Both the position numbers and the translations under genes were made by a program. Shown piece by piece: positions 8,566-18,110 of a stretch of DNA of 64,000 nucleotides. Source of the stretch: an uncultured Burkholderiales bacterium (lineage in GTDB: Bacteria > Pseudomonadota > Gammaproteobacteria > Burkholderiales > Burkholderiaceae_C); NCBI GenBank assembly GCA_903916355.1, contig CAIWWN010000270.1:6127-70126 (forward strand), written 5' to 3'. A model generated the notes under the pieces. That model was not told the DNA's origin. It saw only the letters and a list, made by a program, of their open reading frames with translations, and made no database searches. The first letter of the stretch is position 1. Each line of letters starts with the position of its first letter.

Positions 8566-10059
8566 TCAGCCCTGCGCCGGAGTTTGTGCGGGCATTTGCG
8601 CAATCACCTGGGCCACGGCGGCAGTGAGCCGCTTGGCATAAGGCACGTGCAAAAACTCGTTCGGTCCATGCGCGTTGCTCTTGGGGCCCAGCACGCCGCA
8701 AACCATCATTTGCGCGGTCGGAAAGCCTTGGCTCAGCATGTTCATCAGCGGGATCGTGCCGCCCTGGCCGATGTAGCCCACCGGCGCGCCAAAGTGCGCT
8801 TTGCTCGCCGCATTCAGCGCCGACTCAAACCAAGGCGTGGTGCTGGGCGCGTTCCAGCCGGTGGCGCCGCCACCAGATTCAAAAGTGACGCGGGCTTGGT
8901 AAGGCGCATTGTCTTCCAGCAGGGCTTTCATTTCTTGCACGGCGCTGGCCGCGTCCACCAGCGGCGGCAGGCGCAAGCTGAGCTTGAAGGCGGTGTAGGG
9001 GCGCAGCACATTGCCCGCGTCTTTGAGGGCCGGAAAGCCCTCCGCCCCGGTCACGCTCAGCGTCGGCGTCCAGGTGCGATTCAGCAAGGCCTGCAGCGGG
9101 TCGGTGGTGGTGGGCAGGGCAAAGCTGGTGGAGCCACCGCAGTCGTAATGCGCCCACGGAAAGCGCTTGTACACCTCTTCGCCCAAAATCGCGGCCGTGG
9201 CGCGGGCTTGGGCCAGGCGGTCGGCAGGCACTTCGCAATGGAAGCTGGCGGGCAGCAAGCGGCCGGTGGCGCTGTCTTCCAGGCGGTCCAGCACCTGGCG
9301 CATGATGCGAAAGCTCGACGGCACCAGGCCTGAGGCGTCGCCCGAGTGAATGCCCTCCGTCAACACCTCCACCTTGAGCGTGCCGCTGGCCATGCCGCGC
9401 AGGCTGGTGGTGAGCCACAGCTGGTCGTAATTGCCCGCGCCGCTGTCCAGGCAAATCACCAGGCCCACGTCGCCCAAACGCGCACGCAGCGCATCCACAT
9501 AAGGCAGCAGATCGTAGGAGCCCGATTCTTCGCAGGTCTCGATCAAACCGACGATGCGCGGGTGCGGCGTGTTTTGATTTTTCAAGGCCTGCACGGCGGC
9601 AATGCTGGCGTACACCGCGTAACCGTCGTCCGCGCCGCCGCGGCCATAGAGCTTGTCGTTTTCGTATTTGGGCGTCCACGGCCCCAGGTCGCTACGCCAG
9701 CCGCTGAACTCGGGCTGCTTGTCCATGTGGCCGTACATCAGCACGGTCTGCTGCGCGTTCGCCAGGGTGGCGGGAATGTCAAAAAACATCACCGGCGTGC
9801 GGCCGGGCATGCGAATGATCTCCAGCTGCAAGCCAGCCACCTTTTGTGCCTCGACCCATTGCGCGGCGTTGCGCAGCACGGCTTCCAGGTGGCCGTGCTC
9901 GGCCCACTGCGCGTCAAACGACGGCGACTTGGCCGGAATCTGGATGTAGTCAGTCAGCTGGCGAACGATGTCGCCATCCCAAGCCTGGCTGACGTCGGCC
10001 AGGGCTTGCGCGGTGTTGAGTTCGCCGGGCGGCAGTTCGCGGTGAAGGGGGGCGTTCAT
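8566..10059 (-). CDS. M20 family metallo-dipeptidase
   Basis: MNAPLHREL..., VLMYGHMDKQP, GRGGADDGY, ETCEESGS. The upstream 77 codons of the track ORF look non-coding. Confidence 0.8.
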   Translation of the reverse strand: MNAPLHRELPPGELNTAQALADVSQAWDGDIVRQLTDYIQIPAKSPSFDAQWAEHGHLEAVLRNAAQWVEAQKVAGLQLEIIRMPGRTPVMFFDIPATLANAQQTVLMYGHMDKQPEFSGWRSDLGPWTPKYENDKLYGRGGADDGYAVYASIAAVQALKNQNTPHPRIVGLIETCEESGSYDLLPYVDALRARLGDVGLVICLDSGAGNYDQLWLTTSLRGMASGTLKVEVLTEGIHSGDASGLVPSSFRIMRQVLDRLEDSATGRLLPASFHCEVPADRLAQARATAAILGEEVYKRFPWAHYDCGGSTSFALPTTTDPLQALLNRTWTPTLSVTGAEGFPALKDAGNVLRPYTAFKLSLRLPPLVDAASAVQEMKALLEDNAPYQARVTFESGGGATGWNAPSTTPWFESALNAASKAHFGAPVGYIGQGGTIPLMNMLSQGFPTAQMMVCGVLGPKSNAHGPNEFLHVPYAKRLTAAVAQVIAQMPAQTPAQG

Positions 10060-10328
10060 GGACAACTCCAAAAAAATCAAAACATCAAGCAAGTGAAATG
10101 ACTGTAGCCGGTTTTGTCCGAGCCCGACAAGCTCCTGCCGCCCCAGGCTGCACCGGCGCAGCCCCATGATCAATGGCAGAATGAGCGCGCCAACCGCTGA
10201 GGTGCAGCAGATGGCGGCCTTGAGTGCGATGTGCCTGTGTTCAAGCCACGTTGAAAGGGCCCTGTGTGACCTGCGTCGCAAAGGGCGCAAAAGGGTTTGA
10301 CGAGGTCAAATTCTCAGGAGACAAAACC

Positions 10329-11072
10329 ATGCAAAGCAAGACCCTACCCAACCCGGGCCTGTACCTGTTTGAAAAATTCGAGGCGGGGGTGATTCATCTG
10401 GATGCCGAACGCAATGTGGTGGCCATGAATGATTACGCCCGCCGGGTTTTGCCAGTGGACGAAAAACAGCCTTTTGACAAACTCGTCACCTCGTTCCACC
10501 CCGAGCGGTCCAAGCCCAAAGTCAAATTTTTGCTGGACGAGGCCTCGGGTTGTCCCATGGCCAATGCGGTGCCGATGACCATGATCATCAATATCCCGGA
10601 ACAGGTGTTGCTGATCAAGGTCAGCCGGCTGGGCAATGTCAGGGGCGAGACCACGGGTTTTGCGCTGGTGTTCTATGACGTCACCCAGGCCGTGGGCCAG
10701 GAGCAGCCCCCGGCCGAACCCCCAGCGCGCAACATGCGCTTGTCGCGCATCCCGATGGTGGCCAACCAAAAGGTGGCGTTTGTCGACACCCAGGAGGTGC
10801 TGAGTCTGGAGTCGCAGGCGCATTACACCCGGGTACTGACCCGCGAGGGCTACCACTTTTGCAACCTGAGCATTGGCGATCTGCAATTGCGGCTGGACCC
10901 GGGGCAGTTCATGCGGGTGCACCGTTGCTTCATCGTCAACCTGCACGCGGTGCAGGCGCTGGGCCGCGAGGGCAGCAAAACCCATGTGCTGCTCAAAGGC
11001 AAAAACACCCAGCCAGTACCTGTGTCTCGCGGCGAAGTGGCCCGTTTGCGCGCGGCCATGGGCTTGGGCTGA
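10329..11072 (+). CDS. rcoM: Single-component CO-responsive regulator, RcoM type (heme-PAS plus LytTR DNA-binding domain)
   Basis: N-terminal PAS-like ~120 aa with candidate heme ligands FH(57)PERS, C75 and M83/M85. C-terminal LytTR: KVAFVDTQEVLSLESQAHYTRVLTREGYHFCNLSIGDLQLRL...FMRVHRCFIVNL. RBS aggaga. Located directly upstream of coxM. Confidence 0.7.
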   Translation: MQSKTLPNPGLYLFEKFEAGVIHLDAERNVVAMNDYARRVLPVDEKQPFDKLVTSFHPERSKPKVKFLLDEASGCPMANAVPMTMIINIPEQVLLIKVSRLGNVRGETTGFALVFYDVTQAVGQEQPPAEPPARNMRLSRIPMVANQKVAFVDTQEVLSLESQAHYTRVLTREGYHFCNLSIGDLQLRLDPGQFMRVHRCFIVNLHAVQALGREGSKTHVLLKGKNTQPVPVSRGEVARLRAAMGLG

Positions 11073-11206
11073 AGCTCAGGCGCAAGGTATCGGCTCAGCC
11101 CCTGACGCTGGAAATGCCGTGTTCAGCGGTTTTCCAAGGGTTTTCCCCTAGGCTTCTTGGTCCCTGGTATTTTCCCTGATTGTGGTCGGCGGTAAGTCTG
11201 ATCTGA

Positions 11207-11238
11207 GCGTTTCGTGCCCGATAAAGTGCATTTCGTGC
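11207..11238 (+). promoter_or_regulatory. Direct repeats GC(G/A)TTTCGTGC at 21-bp periodicity (candidate RcoM/LytTR operator of the cox promoter)
   Basis: gcgtttcgtgc at 11207-11217 and gcatttcgtgc at 11228-11238. A degenerate copy, gacgtttttggc, lies at 11258-11269. They sit in the AT-richer 276-bp rcoM-coxM spacer. Confidence 0.55.
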
Positions 11239-11348
11239 AATAAACAGACCAATGAATGACGTTTTTGGCTAAAACCTGACCGATCGGTAGGAAAAGGGCT
11301 CTCCTCAATAATCAGAGCTTGTTTTTCAACAAAACTCAGGAGACCTTG

Positions 11349-12212
11349 ATGATTCCACCGCGCTTTGAATACCACGCGCCCAAAACCGTGGGCGAGGCCG
11401 TTGCCTTGTTGGGCCAGTTGGGCTCAGACGCCAAGCTGCTGGCCGGTGGCCACAGCCTGTTGCCGATGATGAAGCTGCGTTTCGCAGCGCCTGAGCACCT
11501 GATTGACATCAACCGCATTCCCGAACTCAAGGGCATCCGCGAAGAAGGTGCCACGGTCGTGATCGGTGCCATGACGGTCGAGAACGACCTGATCACCTCG
11601 CCCATTTTGCAAGCCAAAGTGCCTTTGCTGTGCGAAGCGGCCAAGCTGATCGCCGACCCGCAGGTGCGCAATCGCGGCACCATCGGCGGCGACATCGCCC
11701 ACGGCGACCCGGGCAACGACCACCCTGCGCTGTCCATCGCGATTGAGGCCTCGTTTGTGCTTGAGGGCCCCAACGGCCGCCGCACCGTGGCGGCCGACGG
11801 CTTTTTCCTCGGCACCTACATGACCCAACTCGAAGAAAACGAAGTCATGTGCGAGATCCGCGTGCCCGCTTTTGCCCAAGGCACCGGCTACGCCTACGAA
11901 AAGCTCAAGCGCAAAACCGGGGATTGGGCGACCGCTGGTTGCGCCGTGGTGATTCGCAAAAACGGCGACCAAGTCAGCCATGTGCGCATTGCCCTGACCA
12001 ACGTCGCCCCCACGGCACTGCGCGCTGAAAACGCCGAAGCCGCTTTGCTCAACCAGCCTTTCAATGCTGCCAACGTCCAAGCCGCCGTGGCCGCAGCCAT
12101 CGCCATCTGTGACCCGGCAGAAGACCTGCGCGGCGACATCGAATACAAGACCGCCATGGCCGGTGAAATGGTCAAGCGCGCCCTGCAAAAAGCCTGGGCG
12201 CTGTGCGCTTAA
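11349..12212 (+). CDS. coxM: Aerobic CO dehydrogenase medium (FAD-binding) subunit CoxM
   Basis: [21 protein letters not shown]...[15 protein letters not shown]...RNRGTIGGD... Confidence 0.85.
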   Translation: MIPPRFEYHAPKTVGEAVALLGQLGSDAKLLAGGHSLLPMMKLRFAAPEHLIDINRIPELKGIREEGATVVIGAMTVENDLITSPILQAKVPLLCEAAKLIADPQVRNRGTIGGDIAHGDPGNDHPALSIAIEASFVLEGPNGRRTVAADGFFLGTYMTQLEENEVMCEIRVPAFAQGTGYAYEKLKRKTGDWATAGCAVVIRKNGDQVSHVRIALTNVAPTALRAENAEAALLNQPFNAANVQAAVAAAIAICDPAEDLRGDIEYKTAMAGEMVKRALQKAWALCA

Positions 12213-12229
12213 ATTTGAGGAAACACACC

Positions 12230-12715
12230 ATGACTAAAAAACTCATCACCGTCTCCGTCAACGGCAAGAAGGAAGAAAAAGCCGTTGAGCCGCGCACCTT
12301 GCTGATCCACTTTCTGCGCGAAGAACTCAACCTGACCGGCGCCCACATTGGTTGTGAAACCAGCCACTGCGGTGTCTGCACGGTGGACATCGATGGCCAA
12401 TCGGTCAAATCCTGCACCCATTTGGCGGTGCAGTGCGATGGCTCCGAGGTGCTCACTGTCGAAGGTTTGGCTAACAAGGGCGTGCTGCACGCGGTGCAAG
12501 AGGGCTTTTACAAAGAGCACGGCTTGCAGTGCGGCTTTTGCACCCCCGGCATGCTGATGCGCGCCTACCGCTTCTTGCAAGAAAACCCGAACCCGAGCGA
12601 AGACGAAATTCGCCACGGCATGGCCGGCAACCTGTGCCGCTGCACCGGCTACCAAAACATCATCAAAGCCGTCCAGTACGCCGCCAAAAAATTGCAAGAG
12701 CCCGTCGCGGCTTGA
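12230..12715 (+). CDS. coxS: CO dehydrogenase small ([2Fe-2S]) subunit CoxS
   Basis: [12 protein letters not shown] and CGFCTPGM...CRCTGYQNI iron-sulfur motifs. Confidence 0.9.
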   Translation: MTKKLITVSVNGKKEEKAVEPRTLLIHFLREELNLTGAHIGCETSHCGVCTVDIDGQSVKSCTHLAVQCDGSEVLTVEGLANKGVLHAVQEGFYKEHGLQCGFCTPGMLMRAYRFLQENPNPSEDEIRHGMAGNLCRCTGYQNIIKAVQYAAKKLQEPVAA

Positions 12716-12744
12716 AGCACCCCCTCATTTGATCGGAGACACAC

Positions 12745-15156
12745 ATGAACGCACCGGCACAGACTGTTGAAGCCCGCGAACTCGCGCTGGCTGGCATGGG
12801 CGCTTCGCGCCTGCGCAAAGAAGACGCCCGTTTTATCCAAGGCAAGGGCAACTATGTTGACGACATCAAGATGCCTGGCATGCTGCACATGGACATTGTG
12901 CGCAGCCCCATCGCCCACGGGCGGATTGTCAAAATCAACAAAGAAGCCGCCTTGGCCATGCCCGGCGTGCACGCCGTGCTGACCGCGGACGACTTGAAGC
13001 CTTTGAAGCTGCACTGGATGCCAACCTTGGCGGGCGACGTGGCCGCCGTGCTGGCCGACCAGAAAGTGCATTTCCAAATGCAAGAAGTGGCCATCGTCAT
13101 CGCCGACGACCGCTACATCGCCGCTGACGCGGTGGAAGCCGTGGAAGTGGAATACGAAGAGCTGCCCGTGGTGATGGACCCCTACGCCGCCCTGCAGCCG
13201 GGCGCACCCGTGATCCGCGACGACCTGGCCGGCAAAACCGAAGGCGCGCACGGCAAACGCGAGCACCACAACCACATCTTCACCTGGGATGCGGGTGACA
13301 AGTCGGCCGCCGATGCCGCTTTTGACAAAGCCGAAGTGACCGTGTCGCAGCACATGTACTACCCCCGCGTGCACCCCTGCCCGCTGGAGACTTGTGGATG
13401 CGTGGCCTCGTTCGACCCGATCAAGGGCGACCTGACCACCTTCATCACCTCGCAAGCCCCGCATGTGGTGCGCACCGTGGTGTCCATGCTCTCGGGCATC
13501 CCTGAATCCAAAGTGCGCATCGTCAGCCCCGACATCGGTGGCGGCTTTGGCAACAAGGTCGGCATCTACCCCGGTTATGTCTGCGCCATCGTGGCCTCCA
13601 TCGTGCTGGGCCGCCCCGTCAAGTGGGTGGAAGACCGCATCGAAAACATCTCGTCCACCGCTTTTGCCCGTGACTACCACATGGACGGCGAATTGGCGGC
13701 GACTGCCGACGGCAAGATCACTGGCCTTCGCGTGAATGTGGTGGCCGACCATGGCGCGTTTGACGCCTGCGCCGACCCGACCAAGTTCCCCGCAGGCATG
13801 TTCCACATCGTCTCGGGCAGTTACGACATTCCCGCCGCGCACGCCAGCGTCAAAGGCGTCTACACCAACAAGGCCCCCGGTGGCGTGGCGTACCGCTGCT
13901 CCTTCAGGGTTACCGAGGCGGTGTATTTGATTGAGCGCATGGTCGATGTGCTGGCGCAAAAGCTGGGCATGGACAAGGCCGAGATCCGCGCCAAGAACTT
14001 CATCAAGAAAGAACAGTTCCCGTACCGCAGCGCGTTTGGCTTCGATTTCGATTCCGGCGACTACCAGACCGCTTTGGAAAAAGTGCTCGAAGCGGTGGAC
14101 TACAAAGGCTTGCGCGCCGAGCAAGCGGCCAAACGCGCCGACCCGAACAGCCCCACGCTGATGGGCATTGGCTTGGTCACCTTCACCGAAGTCGTGGGTG
14201 CCGGGCCTTCAAAGATCTGCGACATCTTGGGTGTGGGCATGTTCGATTCGTGTGAAATCCGCATCCATCCCACTGGCAGCGCGATTGCCCGCATGGGCAC
14301 CATCACGCAAGGCCAAGGCCACCAGACCACCTATGCGCAGATCATCGCCACCGAGCTGGGCATTCCGTCTGAAGTGATTCAGGTCGAAGAAGGCGACACC
14401 AGCACAGCGCCTTATGGCCTGGGCACTTACGGCTCACGCTCCACGCCCGTGGCCGGTGCCGCCATCGCGCTGGCTGCCCGCAAAATCCACGCGAAAGCGC
14501 GCAAGATTGCGGCCCACATGCTCGAAGTCAACGAGAACGACCTCGACTGGGAAGTCGACCGCTTCAAGGTCAAGGGCGACGACAGCAAATTCAAAACCAT
14601 GGCCGAAGTGGCATGGCAGGCCTACCACCAGCCACCCGCAGGCTTGGAGCCCGGTTTGGAGGCCGTGCACTACTACGACCCACCGAACTTCACCTTCCCC
14701 TTTGGTATCTACCTGTGCGTGGTCGACATCGACCGTGCCACCGGCGAGACCAAGATCCGCCGCTTCTATGCGCTGGACGACTGCGGCACCCGCATCAACC
14801 CCATGATCATTGAAGGCCAAATCCATGGCGGTTTGACCGAAGGTTTTGCCGTGGCCATGGGCCAGCAAATGCCGTTCGATGCGCAGGGCAACTTGCTGGG
14901 CAACACGCTGATGGATTACTTCTTGCCCACCTTCGTGGAAACCCCGCACTGGGAAACCGACCACACCGTCACACCTTCACCGCACCATCCCTTGGGTGCC
15001 AAGGGCGTGGCCGAATCCCCCCACGTGGGCTCGATTCCCACCTTCACCTCGGCCATGGTCGATGCTTTTGCACACCTGGGTGTCACCCATCTGGACATGC
15101 CGCACAACGCTTTCCGCACCTGGAAAGCATTGCGCGAGCACGGTGCCGCTTTGTAA
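12745..15156 (+). CDS. coxL: CO dehydrogenase large (Mo-Cu, molybdopterin) subunit CoxL, form I
   Basis: 803 aa xanthine-oxidase-family large subunit carrying the form-I active-site loop VAYRCSFR (nt 13888-13908). Confidence 0.9.
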   Translation: MNAPAQTVEARELALAGMGASRLRKEDARFIQGKGNYVDDIKMPGMLHMDIVRSPIAHGRIVKINKEAALAMPGVHAVLTADDLKPLKLHWMPTLAGDVAAVLADQKVHFQMQEVAIVIADDRYIAADAVEAVEVEYEELPVVMDPYAALQPGAPVIRDDLAGKTEGAHGKREHHNHIFTWDAGDKSAADAAFDKAEVTVSQHMYYPRVHPCPLETCGCVASFDPIKGDLTTFITSQAPHVVRTVVSMLSGIPESKVRIVSPDIGGGFGNKVGIYPGYVCAIVASIVLGRPVKWVEDRIENISSTAFARDYHMDGELAATADGKITGLRVNVVADHGAFDACADPTKFPAGMFHIVSGSYDIPAAHASVKGVYTNKAPGGVAYRCSFRVTEAVYLIERMVDVLAQKLGMDKAEIRAKNFIKKEQFPYRSAFGFDFDSGDYQTALEKVLEAVDYKGLRAEQAAKRADPNSPTLMGIGLVTFTEVVGAGPSKICDILGVGMFDSCEIRIHPTGSAIARMGTITQGQGHQTTYAQIIATELGIPSEVIQVEEGDTSTAPYGLGTYGSRSTPVAGAAIALAARKIHAKARKIAAHMLEVNENDLDWEVDRFKVKGDDSKFKTMAEVAWQAYHQPPAGLEPGLEAVHYYDPPNFTFPFGIYLCVVDIDRATGETKIRRFYALDDCGTRINPMIIEGQIHGGLTEGFAVAMGQQMPFDAQGNLLGNTLMDYFLPTFVETPHWETDHTVTPSPHHPLGAKGVAESPHVGSIPTFTSAMVDAFAHLGVTHLDMPHNAFRTWKALREHGAAL

Positions 15157-15168
15157 TCAGGAAAATCA

Positions 15169-15810
15169 ATGGAAGTCAAACTCGACAAACAATACCCGCT
15201 CGATGTGGACGCCGCACGCGCGTGGGCCTTGCTTACCGACCTCAAGGCGGTCGCCAGCTGCATGCCCGGTGCCGAAATCACCGAGCAACTGTCTGAGACC
15301 TCCTACAAAGGCGGCGTCAAGGTCAAGGTCGGCCCGGCCGTGGCCCAGTTTGGCGGCACGGTCGACGTGATCGAAGCCGTGGCCCCCGAGCGCAAGATGG
15401 TCTTGCGCGGCAAAGGTGCTGACAAGGGCGGTTCGTCCGCCTCGATGGACCTGACGGCGATCATCACTGCTGACCCGGCCAACCCGGCGCACTGCGTGCT
15501 GAACGGCCAAGCGGCGGTGATCGTGAACGGCAAGTTCGCGCAGTTCGGCGGTCGCATGATGGTGCAGGTCTCCGACATGTTGTTGGCGCAGTTTGTCGAG
15601 AACTTTCGCCAAACCGCATTGACTTTGCCTGCGGCCGAAGGCTCGCCCGCCGCTTCTGTGGCAGCGGCCACAGCGCAAGGTCAAGGTGAAGGTCAAGTTC
15701 AGCCTGCCGCAGCTGCAGCGCCGGTGGTGGCCCGCGAGATCAATGGCCTGGCCATCTTCTGGGCCTTGGTCAAGAGCTGGTTCGGCGGCCTGTTCGGCAA
15801 GAAGGCCTGA
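15169..15810 (+). CDS. coxG: CoxG (SRPBCC-fold carbon monoxide dehydrogenase subunit G) with a hydrophobic C-terminal tail
   Basis: MEVKLDKQYPLDVDAARAWALLTDLKAVASCMPGAE... Ala/Pro-rich linker, then INGLAIFWALVKSWFGGLFGKKA. Confidence 0.8.
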   Translation: MEVKLDKQYPLDVDAARAWALLTDLKAVASCMPGAEITEQLSETSYKGGVKVKVGPAVAQFGGTVDVIEAVAPERKMVLRGKGADKGGSSASMDLTAIITADPANPAHCVLNGQAAVIVNGKFAQFGGRMMVQVSDMLLAQFVENFRQTALTLPAAEGSPAASVAAATAQGQGEGQVQPAAAAAPVVAREINGLAIFWALVKSWFGGLFGKKA

Positions 15811-15812
15811 GC

Positions 15813-16772
15813 ATGACCACGCCAGACCCGACCGAACAGCCTGCGGCCCAAGAGCGCTTGTTGCGCGAAAGGCTGCAGCGCTCGGGTTATCTGGCCGATG
15901 CCGACCTGGCCACCACCGTGTGGCTGGCTTCGGCCTTGCAACGCCCTTTGTTGCTCGAAGGAGACGCGGGCGTGGGCAAAACCGCCTTGGCCACGGCCTT
16001 GGCCCAGTCGCAAAACGCCACCCTGGTGCGCCTGCAGTGCTTTGAAGGCCTGGACCTGGCCCAAGCCGCTTACGAGTGGAACTATGGCCGCCAGCTGATG
16101 GCCATCCGCATGAGCGAAGCCGATCCAGACGGCGCAGACCGGGTGCGCGAGTCTGACGTGTTCAGCCGCGACTTTTTGCTCGAGCGCCCCTTGCTGCGCG
16201 CCATCAGCCAGTCAGGCCCCTGCGTGCTCTTGATCGACGAGATCGACCGCGCTGATGAAGCCTTTGAAGCCTTTTTGCTCGAAGTGCTGGCCGAATACCA
16301 GATCACCGTGCCCGAGATCGGCACCATCCGCGCCACGCACATTCCGCAGGTGATTTTGACCAGCAACGGCACGCGCGAGTTGTCGGACGCGCTGCGCCGC
16401 CGCTGCCTGTACCACTACCTCGACTACCCGACGCTGGCCCGCGAAATCGCCATCGTCAAATCGGCTTTGCCGCAAGCCGACACCCGCCTGGTCGAAGACG
16501 CGGTGCAGTTCGTGCAACGCCTGCGCCGCGAAGACTTGGCCAAGATCCCCGGCATTGCCGAAACCCTGGACTGGGTGAACGCCCTGTTTCAAATGCGCCA
16601 CAGCCATTTGCCCGAAGACATGGCGGCGGTGCTGGGCACCCTGGGCTGCCTGCTCAAAACCCGCGAAGACCGCTTTGTGATGGGCGCTGAGCGCCTGCGC
16701 CAACTGGTCGAAGGCCGCCGCACGGTGGGCGTGGCCGAAAACGCCAACGAGCAAGCCAAGGTGGCGGCCTGA
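15813..16772 (+). CDS. coxD: MoxR-type AAA+ ATPase CoxD
   Basis: Walker A LLLEGDAGVGKT and Walker B VLLIDEIDRA. Confidence 0.85.
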   Translation: MTTPDPTEQPAAQERLLRERLQRSGYLADADLATTVWLASALQRPLLLEGDAGVGKTALATALAQSQNATLVRLQCFEGLDLAQAAYEWNYGRQLMAIRMSEADPDGADRVRESDVFSRDFLLERPLLRAISQSGPCVLLIDEIDRADEAFEAFLLEVLAEYQITVPEIGTIRATHIPQVILTSNGTRELSDALRRRCLYHYLDYPTLAREIAIVKSALPQADTRLVEDAVQFVQRLRREDLAKIPGIAETLDWVNALFQMRHSHLPEDMAAVLGTLGCLLKTREDRFVMGAERLRQLVEGRRTVGVAENANEQAKVAA

Positions 16773-16775
16773 GCC

Positions 16776-18038
16776 GTGCACGCTGAACCCGGCGACCCCA
16801 TGCGCGACGAACACGGTATGCACGCCGCCTCCACATCCACGGGTTCAGGCGCAGCCCAAGCCCCTGCAGCGGCCAGCACGCCTTCTGAGCGGCTGGCCGG
16901 CTTTGCCGGGCTGTTGCGCGAGCACGGGCTCACCGTGGGCGTGGCCGAGCAGCAAGCCATGCTGCAAGCGGCGCTGTTCTTTGGCCCCGTGCACGAACGC
17001 CCTTTGCAGGCCGCGTGGCGCGCCATTGCCTGCCACAGCCAGCGCGAATGGCAGCTCTGGCCCGATGTCTATGAGCGCTTTTGGCACCCCGAAAAACTGC
17101 GCGGCGGTGTCAAAGTCAGCGGCCAGACCCGGCCCAGCCGCAACCTGCGCCAAAGCGTGCAGGCCATGCACGATGAGATGCAGGCGGCGCAAGCACCAGC
17201 CAGCCAAACCGGCCAAAATGCCGCGCCTCCAACCGCTGGCGACGTGGCGTCCAACAAGCCGGATGACAACGCAGCAGGCACGCCCCGCGCCCAGGGCGGT
17301 GCCAGTCGCACCGAAGCCCTGCACCAGCGCGACGGCCAGATGTGGATGCCGCAAGAACTCAGCGCCTTACAAAGCTTGGCGCGACAAATCACGGCCAAGC
17401 TGCAACCCCGTGCCACCCGCCGCTGGCGCGTAGCGCCGCGCGGTCAGCGCCTCGATCTGCGCCAGACCCTGCGCCGCAGCGTAGGCTGGGGCGGCGAGTT
17501 GCTGCAACCGGCCTGGAAAGTGAAACGGGTCGAGCCCCCGCGCCTGTTCATCCTGGCCGATGTGAGCCGCTCCATGGAATCGCATGCCGCGCTGTTTTTG
17601 CGCGTGGCCCGCGCTTTTGCCCTAGAGGCCGATGCCCGTGTGTTTGTCTTTCACACCCGCTTGGCTGAGGTCACGCCTTATATGCAGCGCGACACCCCCG
17701 CCATTCAGGAAAAAGTCAACGCCGTCACCGCAGGTTTTGGCGGCGGCACCCGCATTGCCGCCAGCTTGCAAGACTTTGCCCGCCACCATGCCCGCGCCCA
17801 ACTCAACCGGGGAGCCCGCGTGTGGGTGTTCTCGGACGGCTTTGACACCGATGGTCCCGAACTGTTGAGCGCGGCGCTCCAAGAAGTGCGCGCCCGCGGT
17901 GCCCGCATCACCTGGTTCCACCCCACGCGCCAGGTGCCCGCTGCCGCAGCCTTGCAGCGTGCACGTGCCATGATTGAGCGCTTTGTGCCGCTGGCCAGCT
18001 TGGCCGATTTGGCCGCTGCCCGCCAGGTGTTGCATTGA
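16776..18038 (+). CDS. coxE: VWA-domain protein CoxE
   Basis: LFILADVSRSME (MIDAS DxSxS) and a C-terminal VWA fold. GTG start at 16776; the ATGs at 16800 and 16818 are alternatives. Confidence 0.8.
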   Translation: MHAEPGDPMRDEHGMHAASTSTGSGAAQAPAAASTPSERLAGFAGLLREHGLTVGVAEQQAMLQAALFFGPVHERPLQAAWRAIACHSQREWQLWPDVYERFWHPEKLRGGVKVSGQTRPSRNLRQSVQAMHDEMQAAQAPASQTGQNAAPPTAGDVASNKPDDNAAGTPRAQGGASRTEALHQRDGQMWMPQELSALQSLARQITAKLQPRATRRWRVAPRGQRLDLRQTLRRSVGWGGELLQPAWKVKRVEPPRLFILADVSRSMESHAALFLRVARAFALEADARVFVFHTRLAEVTPYMQRDTPAIQEKVNAVTAGFGGGTRIAASLQDFARHHARAQLNRGARVWVFSDGFDTDGPELLSAALQEVRARGARITWFHPTRQVPAAAALQRARAMIERFVPLASLADLAAARQVLH

Positions 18039-18110
18039 ACCCAAGAAGCCGATTGAATTGCAAAAGCCATGGACCACCGAACCCCGAACCGATTACCGAA
18101 GGAAAGCGCC

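Noticed and set aside
12649-14124. 491-aa minus-strand ORF inside coxL
   Set aside because: It is antisense to an unambiguous CoxL reading frame, with low-complexity G/A/V/H/D composition.
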